From positions 117,166 through 181,165 of the forward strand of contig NZ_MKVL01000010.1 of NCBI RefSeq assembly GCF_001899205.1: a stretch of DNA of 64,000 nucleotides, read 5' to 3'. Numbering within the stretch: position 1 is the first letter of the stretch; each line of letters begins with the position of its first letter. A program made the translations under genes and the position numbers. Under the pieces are notes generated by a model. That model worked only from the letters and a program-made list of their open reading frames with translations, searched no databases and was not told the origin of the DNA. Of the stretch, positions 9,059 to 18,044 are shown piece after piece. Origin of the DNA: Mesorhizobium sp. 65-26 (GTDB taxonomy: Bacteria > Pseudomonadota > Alphaproteobacteria > Rhizobiales > Rhizobiaceae).

Positions 9059-10032
9059 TGGTCGACGTCTCGCAAGGCACGGCCCCGGAAATCGGCGCCC
9101 CCACCGCTTCCGCCAGGAGCCGCCTGTCCGCTTACGCCCTGCCGATCTTCCTCGTCGCGCTGATCGCCGTCTCCGGCATCGTGTCGCCGGCGTTCTTGTC
9201 CGGCTCCAACATCTCCAACATGCTGCTGCAGGTGGCGCCGCTCGGCATCGTGGTGATCGGCCAGGCCTTCGTCATCATCCTGCGCGGCCTCGACCTGTCG
9301 GTGGCCTCGGTCATGGCGACGGCGGCGGTGATCGCCACCGGCTTCTCCGGCCAGAACTCCGACGTGCTGCCGATCGTGCTGATCGCCGTCGGCATCGGCG
9401 TCGCCACCGGCCTCGTCAACGGGCTGCTGGTCACCAAGCGCAGCGTCTCGCCCTTCCTGGCGACGCTCGCCACCATGATTGTGCTGCAGGGCTTCCGCTT
9501 CGCCTATACGCAAGGCGCGCCGTCGGGCAACGTGCCGCCGTTGTTCCGTCAGATCGGCTCGGCCACCTGGCACGGGCTGCCCTACAACATGATGCTGATG
9601 CTGGTGCTCGCCGTCGTCTTCGGCGTGCTGCTGTCTAGGTCGCGTTTCGGCCGCGAAGTCTACATCACCGGCGGCAATCCGACGACGGCGCGGCTGCTGG
9701 GCATCAATGCCGACCGCGTGACGGTAATCGGCTACATCATCTCGGGCGCGCTGGCGGCCGTCGCCGGCCTGGTGCTGAGCGGCTATGTCGGCATCGTCGA
9801 CAACTGGGTCGGACGCGGCTTCGAGCTGGACTCGATCGTGGCGGCGGTGATGGGCGGCATCTCGCTGTCGGGCGGCCGCGGAGGCATTGCCGGCGGCCTT
9901 TTCGGCGCGGCCATTCTGGTGGTCGTCTTCAACGCGGTGCTGCTGTTCGGGCTGCCTGTCCAGCTCCAGATCATCATCAAGGGCATCGTCATCGTGCTGG
10001 CCGCAGCTTTCTACGTGCGCCGGCGCGTGTGA
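9058..10032 (+). CDS. Second sugar ABC transporter permease (RbsC-like)
   Basis: TGATG overlap with previous stop; RGLDLSVAS, FGREVYITGGN, VMGGISLSGGRG. C-terminal part of track ORF 8044..10032. Confidence 0.94.
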   Translation: MVDVSQGTAPEIGAPTASARSRLSAYALPIFLVALIAVSGIVSPAFLSGSNISNMLLQVAPLGIVVIGQAFVIILRGLDLSVASVMATAAVIATGFSGQNSDVLPIVLIAVGIGVATGLVNGLLVTKRSVSPFLATLATMIVLQGFRFAYTQGAPSGNVPPLFRQIGSATWHGLPYNMMLMLVLAVVFGVLLSRSRFGREVYITGGNPTTARLLGINADRVTVIGYIISGALAAVAGLVLSGYVGIVDNWVGRGFELDSIVAAVMGGISLSGGRGGIAGGLFGAAILVVVFNAVLLFGLPVQLQIIIKGIVIVLAAAFYVRRRV

Positions 10033-10082
10033 CGCGCCGCGCCGGCCGGCTGGCCGGGCGGAAGAATTCGAGGAGGAAACAC

Positions 10083-10850
10083 ATGGGCAGACTTCAGGAC
10101 AAGATCGCCGTCGTCACCGGCGGCTCGCGGGGCATCGGCGGCGCTACCGTGCGCCGCTTCGCCGAGGAGGGCGCCAAGGTCGCGATCTTCGACGTGCTCG
10201 CCGAGGATGGCGAGGCGCTGGCGGCCGAGCTTTCGCGCGACGGCGGCGACGTGATCTTCGTCAAGGTCGACATCACCGACGAGAAACAGGTCGAGGCGGC
10301 GGTCTCGCGGGTGACCGGAAAATGGGGCCGGCTGGACATACTGGTCAACAACGCCGCCATCACCGGCGCCAACAAGTTCGCGCATGAGGTGACGGTGGAG
10401 GAGTGGGACCGCGTCTTCGACGTCAACGTCAAGGGCACGTTCCTGTGCACCAAATACGCGGTGCGGCCGATGATGGCGCAGAAATCCGGCTCCATCGTCA
10501 ATTTCTCGTCGATCTATGGACTGATCGGCAATGACGACATCCCGCCCTATCACGCCACGAAGGGCGCCACGCTGATGATGAGCAAGACCGACGCCATCTG
10601 CTACGCGCCCTACGGCATAAGGGTGAACGCCGTGCATCCCGGCTCGACCATGACCGAGATTTTCATGAAGTGCGCCGACACCTATCCGAAGGGCAAGCAG
10701 GCCTATCTCGACATGATGAAGGAAAAGCACCCGCTGCGCCTCGGCGAGCCGGTGGATGTCGCGAACTGCGTTCTTTTCCTCGCGTCGGAGGAGGCGCGCT
10801 TCGTCACCGGCGCCAGCCTCGTCGTCGACGGCGGCTACACCACGCAGTGA
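10083..10850 (+). CDS. Short-chain dehydrogenase/reductase (SDR)
   Basis: RBS GAGGAGG; TGGSRGIG, NNAA, YHATK (YxxxK), VDGGY. Confidence 0.95.
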   Translation: MGRLQDKIAVVTGGSRGIGGATVRRFAEEGAKVAIFDVLAEDGEALAAELSRDGGDVIFVKVDITDEKQVEAAVSRVTGKWGRLDILVNNAAITGANKFAHEVTVEEWDRVFDVNVKGTFLCTKYAVRPMMAQKSGSIVNFSSIYGLIGNDDIPPYHATKGATLMMSKTDAICYAPYGIRVNAVHPGSTMTEIFMKCADTYPKGKQAYLDMMKEKHPLRLGEPVDVANCVLFLASEEARFVTGASLVVDGGYTTQ

Positions 10851-10968
10851 AAGCGGAGGGCGCATCAGAAATGGCGCTCAACCCATTGTTTTCGCGGCAT
10901 TCCCTGGGGGAAGTCGTCTCATCTTTATCCTGGACTTGTTCCAGGCAGCATATCGCGGAGAGCAGCGC

Positions 10969-12036
10969 ATGAAGGCCGTCAGATTCCACGGAGCCAGGGA
11001 CATCAGGGTCGAGGACGTCGCCGAGCCGACGGCCAGGCTCGGCGCGCATGACGTGCTGATCAAGCCGATCACCACGGGCATATGCGGCACGGACCTGCAC
11101 GAATACATCGCCGGGCCGATCGTCACGCCGTCGACGCCGCATGTCTATACCGGCGCGACCAACCCGCAGATACTCGGCCATGAGTTCAGCGCGGTGGTGG
11201 CCGACACCGGCTCGGCGGTGACCAATGTGAAGGCTGGCGACCGCGTCTCCATCCAGCCGCTGATTTCGCCGCGCGACGACTATTTCGGCCGCCGCGGCCT
11301 CTACCATCTCAGCCCGCAAATGGCTTGCGTCGGGTTGAGCTGGGCCTGGGGCGGCATGGGGGAGCTCGCCATCGTCAACGACTACAACGTCGTGCCGGTG
11401 CCGAAAGGGGTGAGCGACGTGCAGGCGGCGATGATCGAGCCGGCTGCGGTCGCCATCTACGGCACCGACCGGGGCGGCGTGCAGTCGGGCTCGACGGTGC
11501 TGGTCTCGGGCGCCGGCCCGATCGGCGCGCTGACCCTGCTGGCGGCGAAGGCGGCGGGCGCGGCGCGCATCTTCGTCTCGGAGCCGAATCCCAACCGCCT
11601 CGCCAAGGCGAAGGAACTGATCCCGGACTGCATCGCCATCGACCCGACCAGGGACAATCTCGACGAGATCATCGCCGACCATACCGAGGAGGGGGTAGGC
11701 GTGGATGTCGCGCTGGAATGCGTCGGGCTGGAGGCCAGCCTCAACGCCTGCGCCAGGGCGGTGCGCCGCCAGGGCAAGGTTGTGCAGACCGGTCTGCATA
11801 TGAAGCCGGCCAGCATCGACGCCATGCTGTGGGCGCTCAAGGACATCACGGTCGAGGCGACCTGGTGCTACCCGGTGCAGATCTGGCCGCGTGTCATTCG
11901 CATGGTGGAGGCCGGCATCCTGCCGCTGGAGAAGGTGGTGACCGCCAACATCAGCGCCGAGGACGTGGTCGAGAAAGGCTTCGAGGCGCTGCTCGACAAG
12001 GCGGGAAAGCACCTGAAGATCCTGGTGAACATCTGA
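10969..12036 (+). CDS. Zn-dependent medium-chain dehydrogenase, 2,3-butanediol dehydrogenase-like
   Basis: GICGTDLHEY, LGHEF, GAGPIG, HLKILV; start trimmed to ATG 10969. Confidence 0.9.
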   Translation: MKAVRFHGARDIRVEDVAEPTARLGAHDVLIKPITTGICGTDLHEYIAGPIVTPSTPHVYTGATNPQILGHEFSAVVADTGSAVTNVKAGDRVSIQPLISPRDDYFGRRGLYHLSPQMACVGLSWAWGGMGELAIVNDYNVVPVPKGVSDVQAAMIEPAAVAIYGTDRGGVQSGSTVLVSGAGPIGALTLLAAKAAGAARIFVSEPNPNRLAKAKELIPDCIAIDPTRDNLDEIIADHTEEGVGVDVALECVGLEASLNACARAVRRQGKVVQTGLHMKPASIDAMLWALKDITVEATWCYPVQIWPRVIRMVEAGILPLEKVVTANISAEDVVEKGFEALLDKAGKHLKILVNI

Positions 12037-12099
12037 ATGGGCGGGGGCGCGCCGCGCCCCTTCCGCCGCACCACCGGACATCAACATCGGAGGAGAGAC

Positions 12100-12879
12100 A
12101 TGGCAGGCAATGCATTCGCGAACTATTCGCTGGAGGGCCGCACCGCGCTGGTCACCGGCGCGGCCGGCGGCATCGGCGGCGCCATCACCGAGCGGCTGGC
12201 AAGCCTTGGCGCGAGGGTGGTTCTGGCCGACGTCACCGACCGCGTGGTCGAGGTCGCCAAGGGCTGGGCGGACAAGGGCTACAAGACCAAGGGCGTCAAG
12301 GTCGATGTCACCAACAGCGCCGAGGTCGAGCGGGCGGCGGCAAGCCTCAACGAGGAGTTCGGCGCGGTCGACATACTGGTCGCCAATGCCGGCATTTCCT
12401 ATGAGAGCGACACGGCCGGGCATTCCGACGAGGACTGGCGCCGCTGCATGGCGATCAACCTCGACGGCATCTTCTACTGCGTGCGCTCCTTCGGCAAACG
12501 CATGGTGGAGCGCAAGCGCGGCAGCATCGTCTGCATTTCCTCGATCGCCGGCGTCAAGGCGGTGCGGCCGGAGCTGCACGCCGGCTATGACGTCTCCAAG
12601 GCCGGCGTGGCGCATCTGTGCCGGGTGGTCGGCGTCGAATGGGCGCCGCATAATGTCCGCGTCAATGCCGTCGGGCCGGGCTACACCGAAACCGAGATGC
12701 TGAAGAAGGTGGGCGCCGCGCAGCCCGCGGTCATGGCCACCTGGATCGGCGACACGCCGATGAAGCGCCTCTTGCAGCCGGCCGAGATCGCGGCCTCGGT
12801 GGCATTCCTGGCCTCCGACGCCGCCAGCGGCATCACAGGCCATGTGTTGATGACCGACGCCGGCTATTCGGTGGCGTGA
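12100..12879 (+). CDS. Short-chain dehydrogenase/reductase (SDR)
   Basis: RBS GGAGG; TGAAGGIG, ANAG, YDVSK, RVNAVGPG. Confidence 0.94.
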   Translation: MAGNAFANYSLEGRTALVTGAAGGIGGAITERLASLGARVVLADVTDRVVEVAKGWADKGYKTKGVKVDVTNSAEVERAAASLNEEFGAVDILVANAGISYESDTAGHSDEDWRRCMAINLDGIFYCVRSFGKRMVERKRGSIVCISSIAGVKAVRPELHAGYDVSKAGVAHLCRVVGVEWAPHNVRVNAVGPGYTETEMLKKVGAAQPAVMATWIGDTPMKRLLQPAEIAASVAFLASDAASGITGHVLMTDAGYSVA

Positions 12880-13916
12880 ACATGGCGGCGGAACGGGACA
12901 TGACCGCGACATCCGATGGGCCCGTCAGGATCGCCATGGTCGGCCTCGGCTGGTGGGGCCGCAAGATGGTGGCGGTGCTCGGCGGCGCCAAGGCGCATAT
13001 CGAGGTGGCGCGGGCGGTCGAGCCGGCGCCGGGCGCGGAAGAATTCTGCGCCGCCAACGGGCTTGCGCTGAGCACCGACTATGCCGAGGCGCTCGCCGAT
13101 CCAGGCGTCGAGGCGGTGATCCTGGCGACGCCGCATTCGCTGCACGAGGAGCAGATCGAGCGCGCCGTGGCTGCGGGCAAGCATGTATTCTGCGAAAAGC
13201 CGCTGGCCATGACCAGGACTGGGGCGGAGAGGGCCGTGGCGCTGTGCCGCGATGCCGGGCTGGTGCTCGGCATGGGCCACGAGCGGCGTTTCGAGCCGCC
13301 GATCGCCATGATCCTCGAGGCCGCCGCCGATGGTCGCCTCGGCCGCGTGCTGCAGGTCGAGGCCAATTTCAGCCACGACAAGTTCCTCGGGCTCGATCCG
13401 TCGAACTGGCGGCTCAACGCCAGCCAGGCGCCGGCCGCCGGCATGACGGCGACCGGCATCCACCTCACCGACCTGTCGACGCGGCTGCTCGGCCCGGCGC
13501 GCGACGTGCGCGTCGCCTGCGAGAACCTCGCCTCGGAAATTCCCCAGGGCGATACGCTGAGCGCGCATATCCGCTTCCATGGCGGCGGCACAGCCTACGT
13601 GTCGGCGACGCTGGCGACGCCCTTCGTGTCGCGCTTCGCCGTGTTCGGCACCAAGGGCTGGATCGAGGTGCGCGACAAGGCGCATGTCGAGGCGCCAGCC
13701 GGCTGGGTGGTGACCAGCGCATGGACTGGCACGCCGATCGAGGTGCGGGAGGTGGCACCCGCCGAGCCGGTTCGCGACAACCTCGTCGCCTTCGCCGAGG
13801 CGGTGCGCGGCAGGCGCGCCTACCCGATCACCGGCGAGGAGATGATCAACAACATCGCCATCCTCGAGAGCATCATCCGATCGGCCGGCACCGGCATGGT
13901 CGAGCTCGTGGCCTGA
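12876..13916 (+). CDS. Gfo/Idh/MocA family oxidoreductase
   Basis: VGLGWWG, ILATPHSLH, FCEKPLA, GIHLTD; exact start (12876/12882/12900) uncertain. Confidence 0.92.
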   Translation: MNMAAERDMTATSDGPVRIAMVGLGWWGRKMVAVLGGAKAHIEVARAVEPAPGAEEFCAANGLALSTDYAEALADPGVEAVILATPHSLHEEQIERAVAAGKHVFCEKPLAMTRTGAERAVALCRDAGLVLGMGHERRFEPPIAMILEAAADGRLGRVLQVEANFSHDKFLGLDPSNWRLNASQAPAAGMTATGIHLTDLSTRLLGPARDVRVACENLASEIPQGDTLSAHIRFHGGGTAYVSATLATPFVSRFAVFGTKGWIEVRDKAHVEAPAGWVVTSAWTGTPIEVREVAPAEPVRDNLVAFAEAVRGRRAYPITGEEMINNIAILESIIRSAGTGMVELVA

Positions 13917-13940
13917 ACGACAGCAAGCGGAGAGACGAAC

Positions 13941-14921
13941 ATGCGAGCGCTGGTCTTTGAATCCCCCGACAAGCCTGTAGTCATCGACAAGCCGATGCCC
14001 GGCATCGCTCCCGGCGAGGTGTTGGTCAGGACCCGAACCGTCGGCATCTGCCATTCCGACTACGAGCTGCTGGCGGGCCGCTACATCATCCCGATTTCCT
14101 ATCCGGTGACGCCCGGCCATGAATGGTGCGGCGAGATCATCGAGGTCGGGCGCGCGGTGAAGGGCTGGCGCGTCGGCGACAGGGTGGTGGGCGAATGCGT
14201 GGTGCGCACGCCCGAGCGGCTGCATCATTTCGGCTTCTCTATGGACGGCGCCGACCAGGAATATTTCGCCGTCAATCCCGACTGGCTGCACAAGCTGCCC
14301 GACGGCATCGACGACAGGCGCGCCTCGCTGATCGAGCCGTTCACCTGCGGTTTCTACGCGGTGCTGCGCTCGGGCGGCACCAATGCCAGCGAGACGGTGG
14401 TGGTGTCGGGCGGCGGCACCATCGGCCTCGTCTCGGCCGCGGCCGCCATCGGCATGGGCGCGCGCGTCATCGTCGTTGATCCGCTCGCCTCGCGCCGCGA
14501 AGTGGCAAGCAGGCTCGGCGCCGACGCCGTGGTCGATGCGACAAGGGATCCGGTCGCCGAAGTCATGGAACTGACCGGCGGCAAGGGCGCCGATCTCGTG
14601 GTCGAAGCCTCCGGCCACGACGCCTCGCTTGCCAACACCTTCGAATTTGCCCGCGAGGAGGGGCGCGTCTCGATGGTCGGCATCAACATCGGCCGCAAGA
14701 TCGCGGTCGAGCTCGGCAAGATCCAGATCCGCAACCTGGCTGTGCGCGGCTGCATCGGCTCGCCCGGCGTGTGGCCGGCGGCCATCCGCTTCCTGGAACG
14801 CACCGGCATCGACCTTTCGCCCATCCAGACGCACAGCTTCGCGCTGGAGGACGCGGTCGCGGCCTTCGATCTCGGCAAGGATGCCGGCAAATGCATCAAG
14901 GTCACGCTGACCGCCAACTGA
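13941..14921 (+). CDS. Zn-dependent alcohol/polyol dehydrogenase (MDR)
   Basis: GICHSD, PGHEW, SGGGTIG, VVEASG; RBS GGAGA. Confidence 0.92.
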   Translation: MRALVFESPDKPVVIDKPMPGIAPGEVLVRTRTVGICHSDYELLAGRYIIPISYPVTPGHEWCGEIIEVGRAVKGWRVGDRVVGECVVRTPERLHHFGFSMDGADQEYFAVNPDWLHKLPDGIDDRRASLIEPFTCGFYAVLRSGGTNASETVVVSGGGTIGLVSAAAAIGMGARVIVVDPLASRREVASRLGADAVVDATRDPVAEVMELTGGKGADLVVEASGHDASLANTFEFAREEGRVSMVGINIGRKIAVELGKIQIRNLAVRGCIGSPGVWPAAIRFLERTGIDLSPIQTHSFALEDAVAAFDLGKDAGKCIKVTLTAN

Positions 14922-14933
14922 AGGGAGCAAGCA

Positions 14934-15233
14934 ATGTCCAGGCAATTGACCGTGGTTGCGCATCTGGTCGCGAGGCCGGCCAAGATCGAGGAGACGCGAA
15001 AGTTCCTGCTGTCGCTGATCGAGCCGACGCGGGCCGAGCCCGGTTGCATCGACTATGACCTGCACCAGGATGACGAGCGGCCGGCCGAGTTCACCTTCTA
15101 CGAGAACTGGAAGGACCGCGCGGCCTGGGACGCGCATATGCTGACGCCCAACCTGCACGAGTTCGCGCGGCGCGCCGACGAGTTGTTCGCCGTGCCGCCG
15201 CACATCCGGCTGATGACGATGATCAGCGCGTAG
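14934..15233 (+). CDS. Antibiotic-biosynthesis-monooxygenase (ABM)/putative quinol monooxygenase
   Basis: TRAEPGCIDYDLHQD...FTFYENWKDRAAWDAHM; RBS GGGAG. Confidence 0.88.
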   Translation: MSRQLTVVAHLVARPAKIEETRKFLLSLIEPTRAEPGCIDYDLHQDDERPAEFTFYENWKDRAAWDAHMLTPNLHEFARRADELFAVPPHIRLMTMISA

Positions 15234-15357
15234 GCATCCCGTGGCATCCGGCGGCATTCTCATTCTGGATATCTTTCGCGCCCGCGCCAGCGGCACCCGC
15301 GACTAGACTTTCACCATCCGGTGCTGGAGGGCGCCGGCGGCGATCAGGGAGGCGACG

Positions 15358-16077
15358 ATGGGCAGGCTCGACGGCAAGGTGGCACTGGTCAGCGGTGCCG
15401 CGCAAGGCATAGGGCGCGCGGTGGCCGAGCTGTTCGCCGAGGAGGGCGCCGTCGTCCATGCCGGCGACGTCAAGCCTGTCGCGCCGGCCCGCAATATCGA
15501 GCCGCTGACACTCGACGTCACCCGGCCCGAGGACTGGGCGAAGGCCGTCGATACGATCCTCGCCCGCCATGGCAGGCTCGACATCCTCGTCAACAATGCC
15601 GGCATCGTGCGCGCCTACGAGCAGATGCTGGAGACCGACCTGGAGGCGTGGAACGCGGTCGTCGCGGTCAACCTCACCGGTAGTTTCCTCGGCATCAAGG
15701 CGGTGCTGCCGGCCATGCGCGCGGCGGGCAGGGGCTCAATCGTCAACTTCTCGTCGATCTGGGGCAGCGTCGGCGTCGCCGGCGCGGCCGCCTACAACGC
15801 CGCCAAGGGCGGCGTGCGCAACATGACCAAGAACGCGGCCGTCACCTATGCCGGCGAGAACATCCGGGTCAATTCCGTGCATCCCGGATTGATCCGCACG
15901 CCGCTGGTGGTGGCGCAGTCGGACGAGATGAATGCCGGCATCATCGCCAAGACGTCGATGGGCCGTATGGGCACGCCTCTGGAAGTGGCCAGGGGCTGCC
16001 TGTTCCTGGCGAGCGACGAGGCTTCCTTCATCACCGGGGCCGAGCTGGTGATCGATGGCGGCTATCTCGCGCAATGA
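15358..16077 (+). CDS. Short-chain dehydrogenase/reductase (cyclic/secondary alcohol dehydrogenase-like)
   Basis: RBS GGAGG; SGAAQGIG, NNAG, YNAAK, RVNSVHPG, IDGGY. Confidence 0.94.
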   Translation: MGRLDGKVALVSGAAQGIGRAVAELFAEEGAVVHAGDVKPVAPARNIEPLTLDVTRPEDWAKAVDTILARHGRLDILVNNAGIVRAYEQMLETDLEAWNAVVAVNLTGSFLGIKAVLPAMRAAGRGSIVNFSSIWGSVGVAGAAAYNAAKGGVRNMTKNAAVTYAGENIRVNSVHPGLIRTPLVVAQSDEMNAGIIAKTSMGRMGTPLEVARGCLFLASDEASFITGAELVIDGGYLAQ

Positions 16078-16096
16078 ACGGGACCGGAGGACGGAT

Positions 16097-16492
16097 ATGA
16101 ACGTGACCAATGCGCGGATCGAGCCGACTATCGAGCATGGCGGCACCTGCCGCACCTATTTCATGGTGCCGAAGGAGGCGATGCGCGCCGAGACCGAGGG
16201 CTCCTACCTTGAATATGTCTCGGAGTTCGAGATAGCGGCCGGTTCTCATCTGGAGCCGCACCGCCACGACACGCACGAGTTCTACTACGTGCTCAAGGGC
16301 CGCGCGCTGATGCAGATCGGCGCCGAGAAGCGCGAGGTGGAGCCGGGCGACCTGATCCACATCCCGCCCAACGCCGTTCACAGCATCGCGCCGCTGGGCG
16401 AGGCGCCGGTGCGCGCGCTTGCCTTCGCGGCAAGCTTCCTGCCGCCGGGCGGCGCGGGCACCGAGGCCGAGAAGGCAGACCTGCCGGCGTGA
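16097..16492 (+). CDS. Cupin domain protein
   Basis: RBS GGAGGA; HRHDTHEFYYVLKG and PGDLIHIPPNAVH cupin motifs. Confidence 0.9.
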   Translation: MNVTNARIEPTIEHGGTCRTYFMVPKEAMRAETEGSYLEYVSEFEIAAGSHLEPHRHDTHEFYYVLKGRALMQIGAEKREVEPGDLIHIPPNAVHSIAPLGEAPVRALAFAASFLPPGGAGTEAEKADLPA

Positions 16493-16582
16493 CGGCAGGC
16501 TGAGAAAACGCATCCTCCCACGACTGAGCGGGATCGTCCGGGCAGACCGGCGTCCCGCTCTCTTTTTGCCGTGCCTGAAGCC

Positions 16583-16627
16583 TGATGTCCGAAGAATGTG
16601 AGGCGGCTTTCGGACGGCATCATGCTC
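16583..16627. repeat. Degenerate rhizobial REP/RIME-like palindromic element
   Basis: TGATGTCCGAA-gaatgtgaggcggct-TTCGGACGGCATCATGCTC: imperfect inverted repeat in an intergenic region, resembling from memory the short interspersed palindromes of Rhizobiales. Confidence 0.45.
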
Positions 16628-16718
16628 CCATCTCTTTGATTTGGAGCGGCGCGAATACGGGTTCCGATTTTGCCGGTCATGGGTTAGGACCGGCGCATTC
16701 AGTTTGGAAGGAACGAGC

Positions 16719-17828
16719 GTGCAGGCAGTCGATTGCGTAGTCGCCGGGGCTGGTGTCGTCGGTCTCGCTGTCGCCAGGGCGCTGGCGCTCGCCGGACGCG
16801 AGGTGCTGGTGATCGAGCAGGCCGACGCCATCGGCACCGAGACCAGCTCGCGCAATTCGGAAGTCATCCATGCCGGCCTTTACTACGAGCCGGGCAGCCT
16901 GAAGGCGCGGCTTTGCGTCGAAGGGCGCGAGCGGCTCTACGCCTATTGCGGCGAGCGCGGCATCGCCCATGCGCGCACCGGCAAGCTGGTGGTGGCGGCC
17001 GAGGAAGCGCAGTTCGACAAGCTGCGCGCGATCCGCGCCAATGCCGAGCAGAGCGGCGTCACCGATCTTCAACTGCTGAGCCGCGCCGAGGCGGAGCATC
17101 TGGAGCCGGCGCTGCGCTGCGCCGGCGCTCTGCTGTCGCCATCGACCGGCATCGTCGACAGCCATGCACTGATGTTGTCGCTGCGCGGCGATGCCGAGGC
17201 GGCCGGCGCCATGTTCGCCTTCCTGACCAGCGTCAGCTCGGTCGAGGCTGGGCAGAACGGCGTCGAGGTGCGGACGCTGGACGAGAACAGCGAAGGTTTC
17301 GCGCTGACCGCCGGCGCCTTCGTCAACGCCGCCGGGCTGGGCGCGCCGGCGCTGGCGGCGCGCATCCGTCACTTCCCGCAGGACCGCATTCCCCGCCAGT
17401 GGCTGGCGCGCGGCAACTATTTCTCGCTGACCGGCAAGTCGCCCTTTTCCCGGCTGATCTATCCGGTGCCGGTCGATGGCGGCCTGGGCGTCCACCTCAC
17501 CCTCGACCTCGGCGGGCGGGCGCGTTTCGGTCCGGACGTCGAATGGGTCGACCGCATCGATTACGCGGTCGACCCGCGTCGCGGCGACGTCTTCTACGAG
17601 GCGATCCGGCATTATTGGCCGGGCCTCGCCGACGGCGCGCTGCTGCCTTCCTATTCCGGGGTTCGGCCGAAGCTTTCCGGTCCCGGCCAGCCGGCGGCGG
17701 ACTTCATCATCCAGGGACCGGCCGACCATGGCGCTGGGCCGATCGTGAACCTGTTCGGCATCGAAAGCCCGGGGCTCACTGCAAGCCTGGCCATCGCCGA
17801 GCGCGTCGCCGGGCTGCTTGCCGCCTGA
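16719..17828 (+). CDS. FAD-dependent oxidoreductase, L-2-hydroxyglutarate oxidase (LhgO)-like
   Basis: GTG start after GGAAGGA; [37 protein letters not shown]. Confidence 0.9.
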   Translation: MQAVDCVVAGAGVVGLAVARALALAGREVLVIEQADAIGTETSSRNSEVIHAGLYYEPGSLKARLCVEGRERLYAYCGERGIAHARTGKLVVAAEEAQFDKLRAIRANAEQSGVTDLQLLSRAEAEHLEPALRCAGALLSPSTGIVDSHALMLSLRGDAEAAGAMFAFLTSVSSVEAGQNGVEVRTLDENSEGFALTAGAFVNAAGLGAPALAARIRHFPQDRIPRQWLARGNYFSLTGKSPFSRLIYPVPVDGGLGVHLTLDLGGRARFGPDVEWVDRIDYAVDPRRGDVFYEAIRHYWPGLADGALLPSYSGVRPKLSGPGQPAADFIIQGPADHGAGPIVNLFGIESPGLTASLAIAERVAGLLAA

Positions 17829-18044
17829 ATCTGCGATCCAGCTGATGAACAGATTCCAGGGGCTCTCCCAAGCCATTGTTCGCGCGCACCTTTCCGGGTG
17901 CGCCGTCGCATAGGCGCGAACATCCAGATTGAGAATCATCGCGCATGCCCGTGCGCCGCGCCTCTGGCATGGTCGCCTCCTGGCATGCCGCCCCCGCGCG
18001 GTGGCGTGTCCGCCGCCAGCATGCGCGGGGAGGATTTTCGTGGA

